Of a stretch of 64,000 nt of DNA, positions 47,178-57,568 are shown piece after piece. Each line of letters starts with the position of its first letter. Position 1 is the first letter of the stretch. The translations under genes and the position numbers were made by a program. The stretch comes from Pelomyxa schiedti. Lineage: Eukaryota; Protista; Evosea. The stretch covers positions 1-64,000 of the forward strand of contig JAHLWZ010000804.1 of the NCBI GenBank assembly GCA_020536535.1. Direction: 5' to 3'. The notes below the pieces were generated by a model that was given only the letters and a program-made list of their open reading frames with translations, was not told the DNA's origin and searched no databases.

Positions 47178-48950
47178 ATGGCAGGCGTGACCATCCAACC
47201 GCAGGCCACTGCGCCCTCGCCCTCGGTGGCAACTGCCTCTACCACAAAAACCAAGGTGTGCTGCGCGATAGATTTCGGCACCTCGTTCACCGGGTTTGCG
47301 TTTCGTGACAAGCGCAAGATCGGCAACCAACGCATTGTGATGGCCGAATGGAACTCACAACTGCTGCACCCGAAGACGCCGACCGAAGTTGTTCTCGCCG
47401 CGGCGCCGCCTCACGAGCTTGTCGAATTCGGACACGAGGCCAGGACCTACATGCGAAACCTCGACGCGGCGGTGGCTCGAACCGTTTTGCACTTCAAGGG
47501 GTTCAAGATGCTTCTTTACGGGAATGACAAGAAGACTGAGGTTTTCAGCACGAATCAGCCGCGTGTGTCGGTTTCTCTGAAGCACTTGGTGACGTGCATT
47601 CTCAGCCACTTGGCTCTAAAGGCTCTGGCTCAGATGAGAAGGGATTTTCCGACCGAGATGGACGACGTGAAGTGGGTCATAACTGTCCCCGCAATTTGGG
47701 ATCAGAGTGCAAGAGCTTTCATGCAAGAATGCGCCACTGGAGCAGGGATGAAGCAGGTGGTCCTTGCTTTGGAACCAGAGGCCGCTTCTCTTGCCGTGAA
47801 GGCCAACCTGAATTTTCCCATCGGCACCAAATACATCCTCGTTGACGCGGGTGGTGGCACCATCGACATCACGGTGCACGAGTGTATAAGTACAACTCAG
47901 ATTGCGGAGCTTCACCGTCCAACTGGTGGCCCATGGGGATCGTCCTTTATAAACGAGTATTTCTTTCAGCTCATGGGCGAGGTATTTGGAGAGGACGTGG
48001 TGACCAAGGCGCAAGAAGACCCCGGTATATTTGACTTGGAGGACGAAGTCGAAGGAATGAAGCTCACTCTTTCTGATTCCATCCCAAGACATAACATTTC
48101 AGTTTATTGCATCGTCAGCCTCCTTTCACAGATGTCAAAGCCACCTTTTTCTCAAGTAGTCAACGACTTCAATAAATCTCATCCCAAACTGGTTGATGTT
48201 AATGGCACTGCTTCTATTCTCACCCTTCAGAATCATAAACTCAGAATTGATGCCGCCCTGATTAAAGCCAAGATCGAGAAGCTTGCTGCAGCAACAAGCA
48301 ATCACATCCAAGCCAACTTGCTGCCATCTCTGTCTGGAGTCAAGGTTGCTTACCTTGTTGGCGGTCTGAGTAGGTGCGAGTATTACCGCCAAGTTATGAA
48401 GACACAGCTCACTGGCAAATTGGAAGTTGAGTCACCAACTGATCCTTCCGTTGCTGTATTAGAGGGGGCAGTGCTCTTCGGGGAGTCAGTGATTGGGGAC
48501 TCAGTTGGGAGTGTCAAAAAACGATGCATGCCACATACCTATGCAGTTAGTACCACAGACCTCGCACCACGACACCCTGGAAGGCCCACATTCCAAGTCG
48601 ATGGGCAGAGGCGGTGCGAAGTACTCCAAGTCCTAGTCAGAAGCGGCGAGTCACTTGACAGTGACAGCGAGATAGGTCTGGAGTTTTCACCCATTAGCTC
48701 TGACCAGGACAGCATCACATTTGATATTTTCAAATCCGCAAAGCCCAATGTGATGTACCCTGATGAGAAAGGTGTGGAACTGGTCAGGGCTGGACTTCAA
48801 GTAAACAACCTCCCTGGTGTTGGTCTACCTGTTAAGCAGCGCCCACATATTACTTTGAAGCTAAAGTTTGCCTCCACCATTATTACCGTTCAGGCTCTCT
48901 GTCCCGGTTTCCCCCCCATTGAGGCCAAGTGGAAAGAAACTCTGGAATAA
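47178..48950 (+). CDS. HSPA12-like atypical Hsp70 (copy A2), intronless
   Basis: AIDFGTSFTGFAF; WVITVPAIWDQ; LALEPEAAS; VDAGGGTIDITVH; AYLVGGLS; VAVLEGAV. Paralogous to 32313-34022. Confidence 0.92.
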   Translation: MAGVTIQPQATAPSPSVATASTTKTKVCCAIDFGTSFTGFAFRDKRKIGNQRIVMAEWNSQLLHPKTPTEVVLAAAPPHELVEFGHEARTYMRNLDAAVARTVLHFKGFKMLLYGNDKKTEVFSTNQPRVSVSLKHLVTCILSHLALKALAQMRRDFPTEMDDVKWVITVPAIWDQSARAFMQECATGAGMKQVVLALEPEAASLAVKANLNFPIGTKYILVDAGGGTIDITVHECISTTQIAELHRPTGGPWGSSFINEYFFQLMGEVFGEDVVTKAQEDPGIFDLEDEVEGMKLTLSDSIPRHNISVYCIVSLLSQMSKPPFSQVVNDFNKSHPKLVDVNGTASILTLQNHKLRIDAALIKAKIEKLAAATSNHIQANLLPSLSGVKVAYLVGGLSRCEYYRQVMKTQLTGKLEVESPTDPSVAVLEGAVLFGESVIGDSVGSVKKRCMPHTYAVSTTDLAPRHPGRPTFQVDGQRRCEVLQVLVRSGESLDSDSEIGLEFSPISSDQDSITFDIFKSAKPNVMYPDEKGVELVRAGLQVNNLPGVGLPVKQRPHITLKLKFASTIITVQALCPGFPPIEAKWKETLE

Positions 48951-49015
48951 AAACAACTTTGTACTTATGACCTTGTCATTGATGTCTTTCTGTGAAAGGA
49001 ATAAAAAAAACAGAA

Positions 49016-50280
49016 ATGCAAGGTCCGGGGTTGCAAGAGGTACTGGCCAACCAGAACAAAATTATTGCCAAATTGGATTCCATACTTCATGTACTGTGGG
49101 GCATGTGGGAACGCAAAAGACAAAAGGCGGAACACAAGAAGCATGTCATAGACGAAGAGAAATCTTTCGATTCCCTGTTGGCTGGTGTCTTCGACCAAGT
49201 AACTTTCCTTCAATCCACGATGAATCAGCCACCATTGGAGAGGCCTCCCAATTCTCCACTGAGTTTAGGCGGGCACCAGCAACTTGTGGTGACTCCCATT
49301 TCACCCCTACGTAATGTGGCTACATCTGCTAGTAGATATTCAAGTGCTTGCCTTGACTCCCATCTTCCGCCAATGCACCCCTCACTTCCAGATGCCGCCA
49401 TCAAAAACGAGAAAGGCCGGAATGAAGTCTCTACTAGTGGTGCCATACAGCAAGCTTCTTTGAATGGTACACAGTGCCAAGTCCAACAACAACCCAGTCA
49501 GGCACAAACCAACAAAGCTATTCCAAACTCACAAGTACCTTCGCCATTACCTCTACCCAAATCTAGTCAGACGAGTCAAATTTCAACAGCAAACCAATGT
49601 CAAGTGCCACGTTCACCAAATGTTACTCCAAAACAGAGAAATGAAGATAATACTGCAAATTCCAACAAACCTGTTCTCGATTATTCCCAAAGGCAGCCTT
49701 CTACACAATTTTCATTGCAACTTCAGGAATTGCGCAATCAGGCGCAGCATAATGTAATGGCTCAGGGGAAAAAGCTTCAAAATGTAAGTGACTCCAAACA
49801 TGGAGAAATTAACTCTTCGTTAACAAGGTAATGACGAACGTAGTATTGGACATTTGTCCCGCCATTGAGCAGACTGACCCTTGTCAGCAAGCCCAGTTCG
49901 TGAAGAGCATTTGGGACTTCCTTTACAATGGTGCTGCGAATATTGTGGACCAACACAGAAAGGGACAGTGCCCTGGAGGTGATGTAGTTCGAATCTGGGT
50001 TAACTCTGTCACGAGCAAACTGCGAGGACTTAGCATCAAGCAACAGGTCATGGTAACTGAAATGTGTGAACTCATTTTCAACCTCTGTCTGTCCACTGTG
50101 GAGCGACCTGGATATAGCTTCACATGCTCCCTCCCTGATGTCATTTACAACCCAAAGGAAATGGAGCTCTTTCCTTCCCAGGAGGTACCCACATCCCCCG
50201 GAAAAGTTATGCTCTGTGTGATTCCCGGACTGCAGTACTACGGTCATACCCTTCTTTCACCCTTTGTTTTAGTAAAGTGA
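49016..50280 (+). CDS. Cluster partner protein 5: N-terminal helical domain, Q/S/P-rich disordered linker, shared C-terminal domain; one intron
   Basis: LQEVLANQNKIIAKLDSILHVLWGMWERKRQKAE; spliced KLQN|VMTNVVLDIC..QAQFVKSIW..IYNPKEMELFP..VMLCVIPGL..SPFVLV. Confidence 0.75.
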
Positions 50281-50323
50281 ACTTAACGGAACAAACATTA
50301 ATTTGTGTAAAGGCAATTTTTTT

Positions 50324-51755
50324 ATGTCGGGTGAGACTGACAATAACATTCAGTTGGTGGTGCAAACCCAGTACACCATTATGGAGTCTCTGCAGCAAGT
50401 CCTCAGACTGGTTGTTGGGGTACTCGCCATTAAGAAACGCAAGGTCGAGCGGCGCATCGCAGCCGCCGGGCAGCTGGACGACATCGCGGCCCTCGTTCTC
50501 GCCGCCGAGACGCAAGTTACCAAACTCCAGGACAACATTCAGCTGCTCTCCTCCAGCCCCAGGGCTGCGGCAACAACAATTCCTCAGGGGTGCCCGGCAG
50601 ATGATTTGATACAACGCCAAAAGAGGCGGCAGCAGCAACAGCAACAGCAACAACGAGAGCAGACGGGCGTCGAAGCCACGCCCTCACATATGATGCAGGC
50701 ACCGCAAGTCACACCGACAGGGACTGGTTTCACGCCCCAGAAAGGGGTGCAGGCTGCTGCATCGACGTGTTCGTCGCCCCCGGTGGACCCTTCTAGGGTT
50801 TCACCAGGTCGCGGACTGCGAAATTCCGAGGCGTACCCGCAGTACCAGGCTCAATACCAATATCAGAACCATACTACAAGTCCGAATGCATACCCGAACC
50901 AGAATCAAAACCAGAACCAGAACTTGATCCACCACCATCACCGCCGGAAGATTGCCGAAGATTCCTCCGGCCAGGAGATGAGCGTTGATGGGAATACCCA
51001 GAAGGATGTGGATTGTGTTGGTATTAGTAACAACACCAAGTCCCAACCTCCGCCCGAAAGAGTTGACCAGCTGCCTCCCCAAAATGGCCCAAGGGCAAAC
51101 CAACAGCCGGGTATACAACACCAAAATCCTGTGCGACCGTTGGCAAATAGTCCACAGCCTCCACTTAGTGCACGAATCCAAAAGAACGCTGTATCTCCAG
51201 CACAAAATCGGCCTGTCAGGGGAATTCCTTACCAACCTCATGAGATAACGACCTTGCTAAAATCTTTCCAAAATGTACACACAGGAGGTTCTTTTCTTTT
51301 CTAACCTTTCAAAACAGAACCTCACAAATCTGCTTGCAGATGCTCTTCCTTTTTCAAGTATCACCGAGCCAATGGCTCAAGCTAAACTCTTCTTCAAAAT
51401 TTGGAAATACTTCAGTGATGCGGCTTCCCATACCCCAGTTATGTCTGAGGAACAATTTGACAAAAAGGTTTCAGCAGCACTCTGCCTCTTCGTGGGCCTC
51501 AGGGAAAAGGACTACAATCACGCCAAATCCATTTGTGAAGCAATGCTGCGCATTCATCTTGCGTTCACCCAAACCTCTGGCTATACATTATGGGCACCAC
51601 AAACAGGAACCACACACTTCAACACACAGAAAATGGAGGCACTCCCTGTACATTCCAATCCAACACCACAGGATTATGTAGCTGCTTGCGCGATCCCTGC
51701 GGTATTTTATAACCGTAACCTCGTGTTTAAGGCACAAGTGGCCCTGAACAACTGA
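50324..51755 (+). CDS. Cluster partner protein 6: N-terminal helical domain, Q/N/H-rich linker, shared C-terminal domain; one intron
   Basis: IQLVVQTQYTIMESLQQVLRLVVGVLAIKKRKVE; polyQ and QYQAQYQYQN..NQNQNQNQN..HHHH; spliced SFQN|NLTNLLADAL..QAKLFFKIW..HFNTQKMEAL..VAACAIPAV..FKAQVAL. Confidence 0.75.
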
Positions 51756-51850
51756 TGTACATTACCCACTTGACAAGTAAAAATGTGTAAAGTTTTTGCA
51801 GGAAGTGTCTTTCTTTAAAATCAACAAGGCTTGAAAATTTCACACGGTTG

Positions 51851-53707
51851 TTAATGGCCACCAGAGGCAGTGGTTGATGTGGTGGTACTGGTGGCACCCT
51901 CTTCTGGGTGTTCTTTGGGCTTGAGTACAAGGTCCTTGCCTGTGATGCGGCGATACATGCTCATGACATCCTCAACAGTGGACTCAAAGTGAGTAGTGGC
52001 ATCATACGACTTGCTAATGAACACTCTGTCCGCGGTACCGTCAGCAAGGGGTACGTAACTATCGGTAACAGAGATGAACCTAATGGATTGTGAGCACCGT
52101 AATTTGAGAAAAGTTTGGCTTACTGTTCATCGATTGGGTTCAGGAGATTGAGACCAGGGGTGAGCTCAGCCTCTGGATTGGGGGTCTCAACGGAGGTGGC
52201 AACAATTGCAATCCAGCGCCCTTTGGGGCAAACAAAGTTTGCAGAAGACATGACACAAATGTAGATATCTGAGGGTGCGGGTGAGAGGCGTGTTTAATGT
52301 CGACAACCAAGATACCAGACTGCCTGCCAACTTGTTTCTGTGGGATAATAATCTGAGTTGATTCAGCATCCTCGGTATCCCTCACTGGATGAGAAAGAAT
52401 GCAAATGGCCCTGATGACCTGACCAACTTTCTTCACCTTGTCAGGGAAATAGGAAGGATCAGCAACGACGAATTTGCATCTTGCAATCTAGTCACGTCAG
52501 ATCAGGAAAAACCAACATTTCAGTTACCGGATTGGGTGGTTCGGTTGATTGAATGCCAACAATTTTGCCGGCTTCATAAATTGCAGGACCAATCGGTCCA
52601 TTGAGCATGTATGTTCCACCATAGATGGCGCTCAAGCTAGTAACGTTAGAGGGAATAAAACAAAGCTTTCATCTTACCGAGCAAAGCCCTGGGGAAGTTC
52701 ACCAAGACCGTAGAGTGGATAAAGGTATGGAGACTTGGAATAACGGGCAAGAGAAGAGAAGTACAACTTCACTTTCCTTACAGTCTCAACGGCTGGTTGA
52801 GTGAGGTACCTGAAAGAGGTTAGTCTTGACCGAATTCCTGCAATACTCACGAGTCATCACGATAAAGAGCGATAGCATGACCAACAAAGTCAATTGTGTC
52901 CGGTTCCAAAGAGAATTTGGCAAACAGTGCACTCATTGGCATGCGAGTAAGATCAGCGCCTGTACAAATGAGATTGGGAAGACTCAGGAAGAACAATACC
53001 GTCATGGGTCTTAGGGTCGTTTTCCTCGTAGTCGGAGATATATTGGAAGAATTTCTTGCAACGTCTCTTCTCAAAAGGTCCCATCAGCGGGGACTTCAGG
53101 GCCTCCATATCTGTGGCAGGAACCTTGTGAATCCTTCCACTCCTAGAAAAGGTCACAAGCATCCTCCCATAAGAACGTTTGTACCTGTAGACGTAACTTC
53201 CAGCAATTGATTTGAACTCCAAGTAGCGAGTAACATCAGTGTGAAGGAGCATCTGAACAAGAAGACCTAAATAACAGTTAGTACAAAACACAACTCGTAG
53301 ATAAAAAAAAAGACACCGTCAGCCATGATGAACCTGGGAACAAGTTAAACTAAAAAAAATGGCTCCCAACATACTTGGGGACAATATCGACGTTGTACTC
53401 TCGGTTTTGCCCAAGCGTGGCTGGGGGCTTGGCGCCGCCTTTGAATTGCTCAAACAGTTGATTGATGTTGAGAGACGCGCAAGCTCCACCATAGTACCCA
53501 TTTCTACCAGGAAGAAAAAGTCACACTAGGGCCACAACAACACAACGCAGCGAGTGTACGCGCCGAGAGGCAAAAAAAAAAAAACACGACAAAAAGGTCA
53601 CACCTGTCGAGGTGCAGCACCTTAAGGCCATCAACAGAAAGGAGACCGGAAAGAATACACTCTTTGAGGCCGGTGCCCATCACGATAGCGTCATACGTGT
53701 CCTCCAT
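51851..53707 (-). CDS. GDI: Rab GDP-dissociation inhibitor; multi-exon
   Basis: [35 protein letters not shown]; [28 protein letters not shown]; [10 protein letters not shown]. Confidence 0.95.
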
Positions 53708-53940
53708 GGCGGATCTCTCCCTTCGGTTTTTTTTTGTTTTTTTTTCTTTCTGGTTGGTTTTTCAGTAAATAAAAAATAGCTTTTTCCTTGCCCCTTCAAA
53801 CACCATCTCGCTGGATTTTATTTCCCTCTTTAGAGCAGGCAACTAACGTCACTTGTCGGGCAGTTGCACCGTTTGAACTATCAGATCTACCGATGCCCTC
53901 GTTCTAACAAAACAGAAAAAAGTGTTTTCCTACTTTTCAC

Positions 53941-56009
53941 TTAGAGTAAAAACTCCTCGGGTTTTGTTGCCTCAGACCAAGGCACCTCAGTCGCAACTGA
54001 GGCAGCACCCTCGCCACCCTCGTAGTTGATCTGGTGAGATGCCTCCATTGTGAATCCCATAAACGGCGTTTTCAGCAGCAGCTCCACCTTGACCACGAAC
54101 TTCGCCGTGCCCTTGGTGCTGAGCTTCACCCCAAACGGCGGCTCGGTCTGTTTGACTTGGTCCTGGCCCCCGACCCACGGCGGCATCTTCCAAATGGCCT
54201 GGCGCACCACGTGGGCCGCATTCTCCCCGATGCTGATGTGCCACTGGTGGGTCACGCCGTCCGCAGCCACTGTGTGAGACTGCACAATCCTCAGGGGCCC
54301 CTCGATTGGCCTCGGCGGCGGTGGCATCTCAGGAGCCCGGTCGATCCCGTGCTTCCAGCAGACCGCCGGCTGATTGATCACGGGCAGGACATCAACGCCG
54401 CCAGCCAGGGCCGTATTGATCCACCACCGGCCCAGGACAAACGGCCTGAGATTGTTGAACGCGATGAGGTAGTCGCCGTCGGGGGTCTTGCCGGTGACCT
54501 TGCCGACCTTCCCATAATTGATGGCGCCGCGGTTGGCTATCGTCAGAACAGAGTCCTCGCGCAGGTTGAGCCTTAGCCTCATGGACTCGTCGTGGCTGCC
54601 GGTGGAATCGTACGGCACGTCGTAGACGTCGCCCTCTGGGCACGTGACTGCTGGGGGCTCGATGGGCCCTAGTCCCATAATTTCCGCAAGCAAGCGGAAT
54701 GCGTCGTCGAGCTTAGCCCATACTCTGACAGAGGCGCTTTCATCGAGGTGGGTCTGCTGCAGATTGATAATCACTGTTCCTTTGCCAAATTTGTGATGCG
54801 AGTATCGCTTGGCAACATTCGTGGGGACTCTGTCTGCATTCTGGGAAGATATTTTTGGGGTTTTGGATTTAAAAAAAAATTAGTTGTAAGGAAAACTTAG
54901 AAACCATTCCAGAGAGGGAGGTTCCAAGACATAGAACGAGGTCCGCTTTCCCCTCTGTTCTGAGCATCCATTCAAAGAGGTCATTCCGTAAATGTCCAGT
55001 GAACTGCACAACCGGGTTGGAGGGATCATACCAAGCTCCATGTATCTAAGAATCAGTTGGTCCTCTCTTTCATTTTTATTTCGGCCAAACCTCATTGACA
55101 TATTGCTGAGGAAATCCTGCTTTCTAACCAAAAAGGTGAGTACTGAAAAAAGGATAGAAAGGAATTACTTGAGGCAGTCCATCATGATTCTGTTGCAGGC
55201 TAAAAGCCTTAGTAGGCAAGGGTGAAAGTAAAGGAAGGTTCATACACACCACTCTTTGACTAACCCATTTTGCTGGAGTTTCGTCAAAACCAAATGGGCA
55301 TATCTTTGGGAATGAGTGATACAATTATCAATTGCTATACATACGTAGGTGGTGCATTAAGAGGATTGTTTGTAGTTCTGCTGCTTTTGGCAATTGTGTT
55401 TCCAGGATTAGTGGCATAGTCAGGAATCCTTTCAAATAGAATACTATTAAATGGCATCCTGTTAAGGCTTGGGTGTCACACCCACTGGACTTGCTCAAGC
55501 CAGCGCCGCAATATGCCACACAGAATTCGCTCGATTTGATAAGCTGCGCAACAACCTCCAGCTTTGCTCTCAACACTTCAGGCGTATCCAAGAACTCATG
55601 AGCCAACATCTTATTGCCTTGATCGATTCTTGTAGGCTCTGTGGAAGTTGTCACGCAAGTAGGGAATGCCCATCCCTTCCCTCTGCCAAGTAATCCATGT
55701 GCCTCTCTCTGTATTGAATTTTTTTTTAAAGAAATTAGAAGGGAGTTAGAGGCAGAAATTAGTTTTCAGGTTATGTCAAAATAGTCTGGCTACCTCGCGA
55801 TGGAAAACCGGAGTTGGATTGGTGACGTGTTTTCCCGTAAGACCACTGGTGACTACTGTTTCAGTGTGTGACAGAGTTCCCCGGTCGAAGTCGGAGACCT
55901 GGTCAGACACCGACCCACTGGAAGCAGCGTCCATCGGCGGAGGCGGAGGGGGCGGTGGAGGCGGCGGCGGCGTACTTGTGGGAGACGCAGTGTCGTCTGT
56001 GGCTGACAT
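53941..56009 (-). CDS. Sirtuin (class IV-like NAD+-dependent deacylase lacking the Zn ribbon) with an N-terminal thymosin/WH2-like motif and a C-terminal YEATS-like domain; multi-exon
   Basis: YCGAGLSKSSG|IPDYA; QQNHDGL; NE|IHGAWYDPSNPVVQF; GTVIINLQQTHLDESASVRVWAKLDD. N-terminus DFDRGTLSHTETVV. C-terminus THQWHISI..TEPPFGV..F.VKVEL..HQINY. Confidence 0.85.
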
Positions 56010-56284
56010 CGGTTAAGTTCCGAAGCTCTTCTTTGTCTTTTTTGGTTTGTTTTCCGGAAAACAAGAACCAAACAAGACCTGAGAAAAAGCAGAGAACACA
56101 CAGTCAGATAGGAGCACTAGCCAAACAAGAACCTCTCCGATGAACGCACCGTTTCGTTGGCACTGAGTTCTCTCCCTAGAAGTCCAGGTTTCCAGGACTA
56201 ACAATCACGAATATTTTCCTTCCAATAACAATTGTTGGTGGGGCTCTTATCTCCTTGTACGTGGTAGAGTTGTCATAGTCAACG

Positions 56285-56448
56285 ATGTCGGCGATTGATG
56301 CAAGCGAACGTGTGGCGCCTGAGGTCCGGATGAAAAAACGAGGGAGAGGACTCGCCGACGGCAACGACCTTGATGGAAGATACACTGGAAAGGGTACTTG
56401 TTATGTCTTATTTCTTTCTTTCTTTCTTGTTTTTCCCCCTTCTTTGTT

Positions 56449-56483
<35 letters not shown>

Positions 56484-57101
56484 CTTTTCTGGAGTTGTTA
56501 AATGTATTATAATAAGGTGGAGACTTTGAAGAAATTGAGCAAACGGGGGATAGTGGCCCAGGGAGGTCAATCGAGGGGTGGTTGGTGTTTGTAACCAATG
56601 TGAACGAGGTACCTATCCCTATCCCTTTTCCTTCTCCTTCTCACATTGCCCTTCTGTTTGCAACTTTTGTCCCTCATCACTAAAAGGAAGCTGCTGAAGA
56701 TGATCTCCATGACAAATTTGGCGAGTTTGGGGAAGTTCGCAACCTTACTCTTCCTCTGGATAGACGCACTGGTTTTGTGAAAGGATATTCATTGGTGGAG
56801 TACGAATCAAAGAAGGAAGCTGAAAACGCCATTAGGGTTTCTCTCAACTACACTTTCACACCCAAAACAATCACTCAACTGCCAACAAACTCTAAATTTT
56901 TTCCCCCACCAGGTAATGAACGGAACAATGTTCATGGGACAGCCACTTTATGTTGACTGGGCATTCCAGGCTGGTGCTTCTAGCAACAGGCGTGGCCGCG
57001 GTGGCTCCTCCGAGACATCCACCACAACAACCACTTCTAGCCACAGGCCCCGCCGTGATACATCCCTGTCACCTCAAGGCCGCCATAAGCGCAGATACTA
57101 A
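56285..57101 (+). CDS. RBM8A: RNA-binding protein Y14 (exon junction complex); three introns
   Basis: MKKRGRG; [17 protein letters not shown]|[39 protein letters not shown]; LYVDWAF. Confidence 0.95.
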
Positions 57102-57568
57102 ATGCATCACACCCACAGCAACCCAACCATCACACTCTAAACTACACCCAACCACAGCAACAAAACCAGTCGATTCACCACCACCTCCATCAACCATCAA
57201 AGAACCCAAACAATCCACCACAATCCCGTTATTTTCCCTCTGACAGCAGGAACAAAACAAAGAGTGACGATTGGAGCCTCGTCGTGTTTTTTTACGCCCT
57301 AAGTGTCTAAGTTTAGACTGAGAGTCATTCCAACTCAAATGAAAAGAAAAAACCAACAAGGGAACGAAAAAAGGGCAAGAAAACAAAATAAATCAGGAAC
57401 CAACAACAAGCACATCCACAACCAGGTACCGCGACACACAACCAACAGCAAGACCCATAATGCATATGCATAACGCCGCACCAAACAATTCCGACCGCCA
57501 CCGCCGCATTGCCTAACGCGGGTTTTTTTTTTTTTTACCCCCTTCACTAACCAAACGCCACAGTAAGA

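Noticed and set aside
56430-56490. Long poly-T tract giving polyK/polyF ORFs
   Set aside because: It is the polypyrimidine tract within the first intron of RBM8A.
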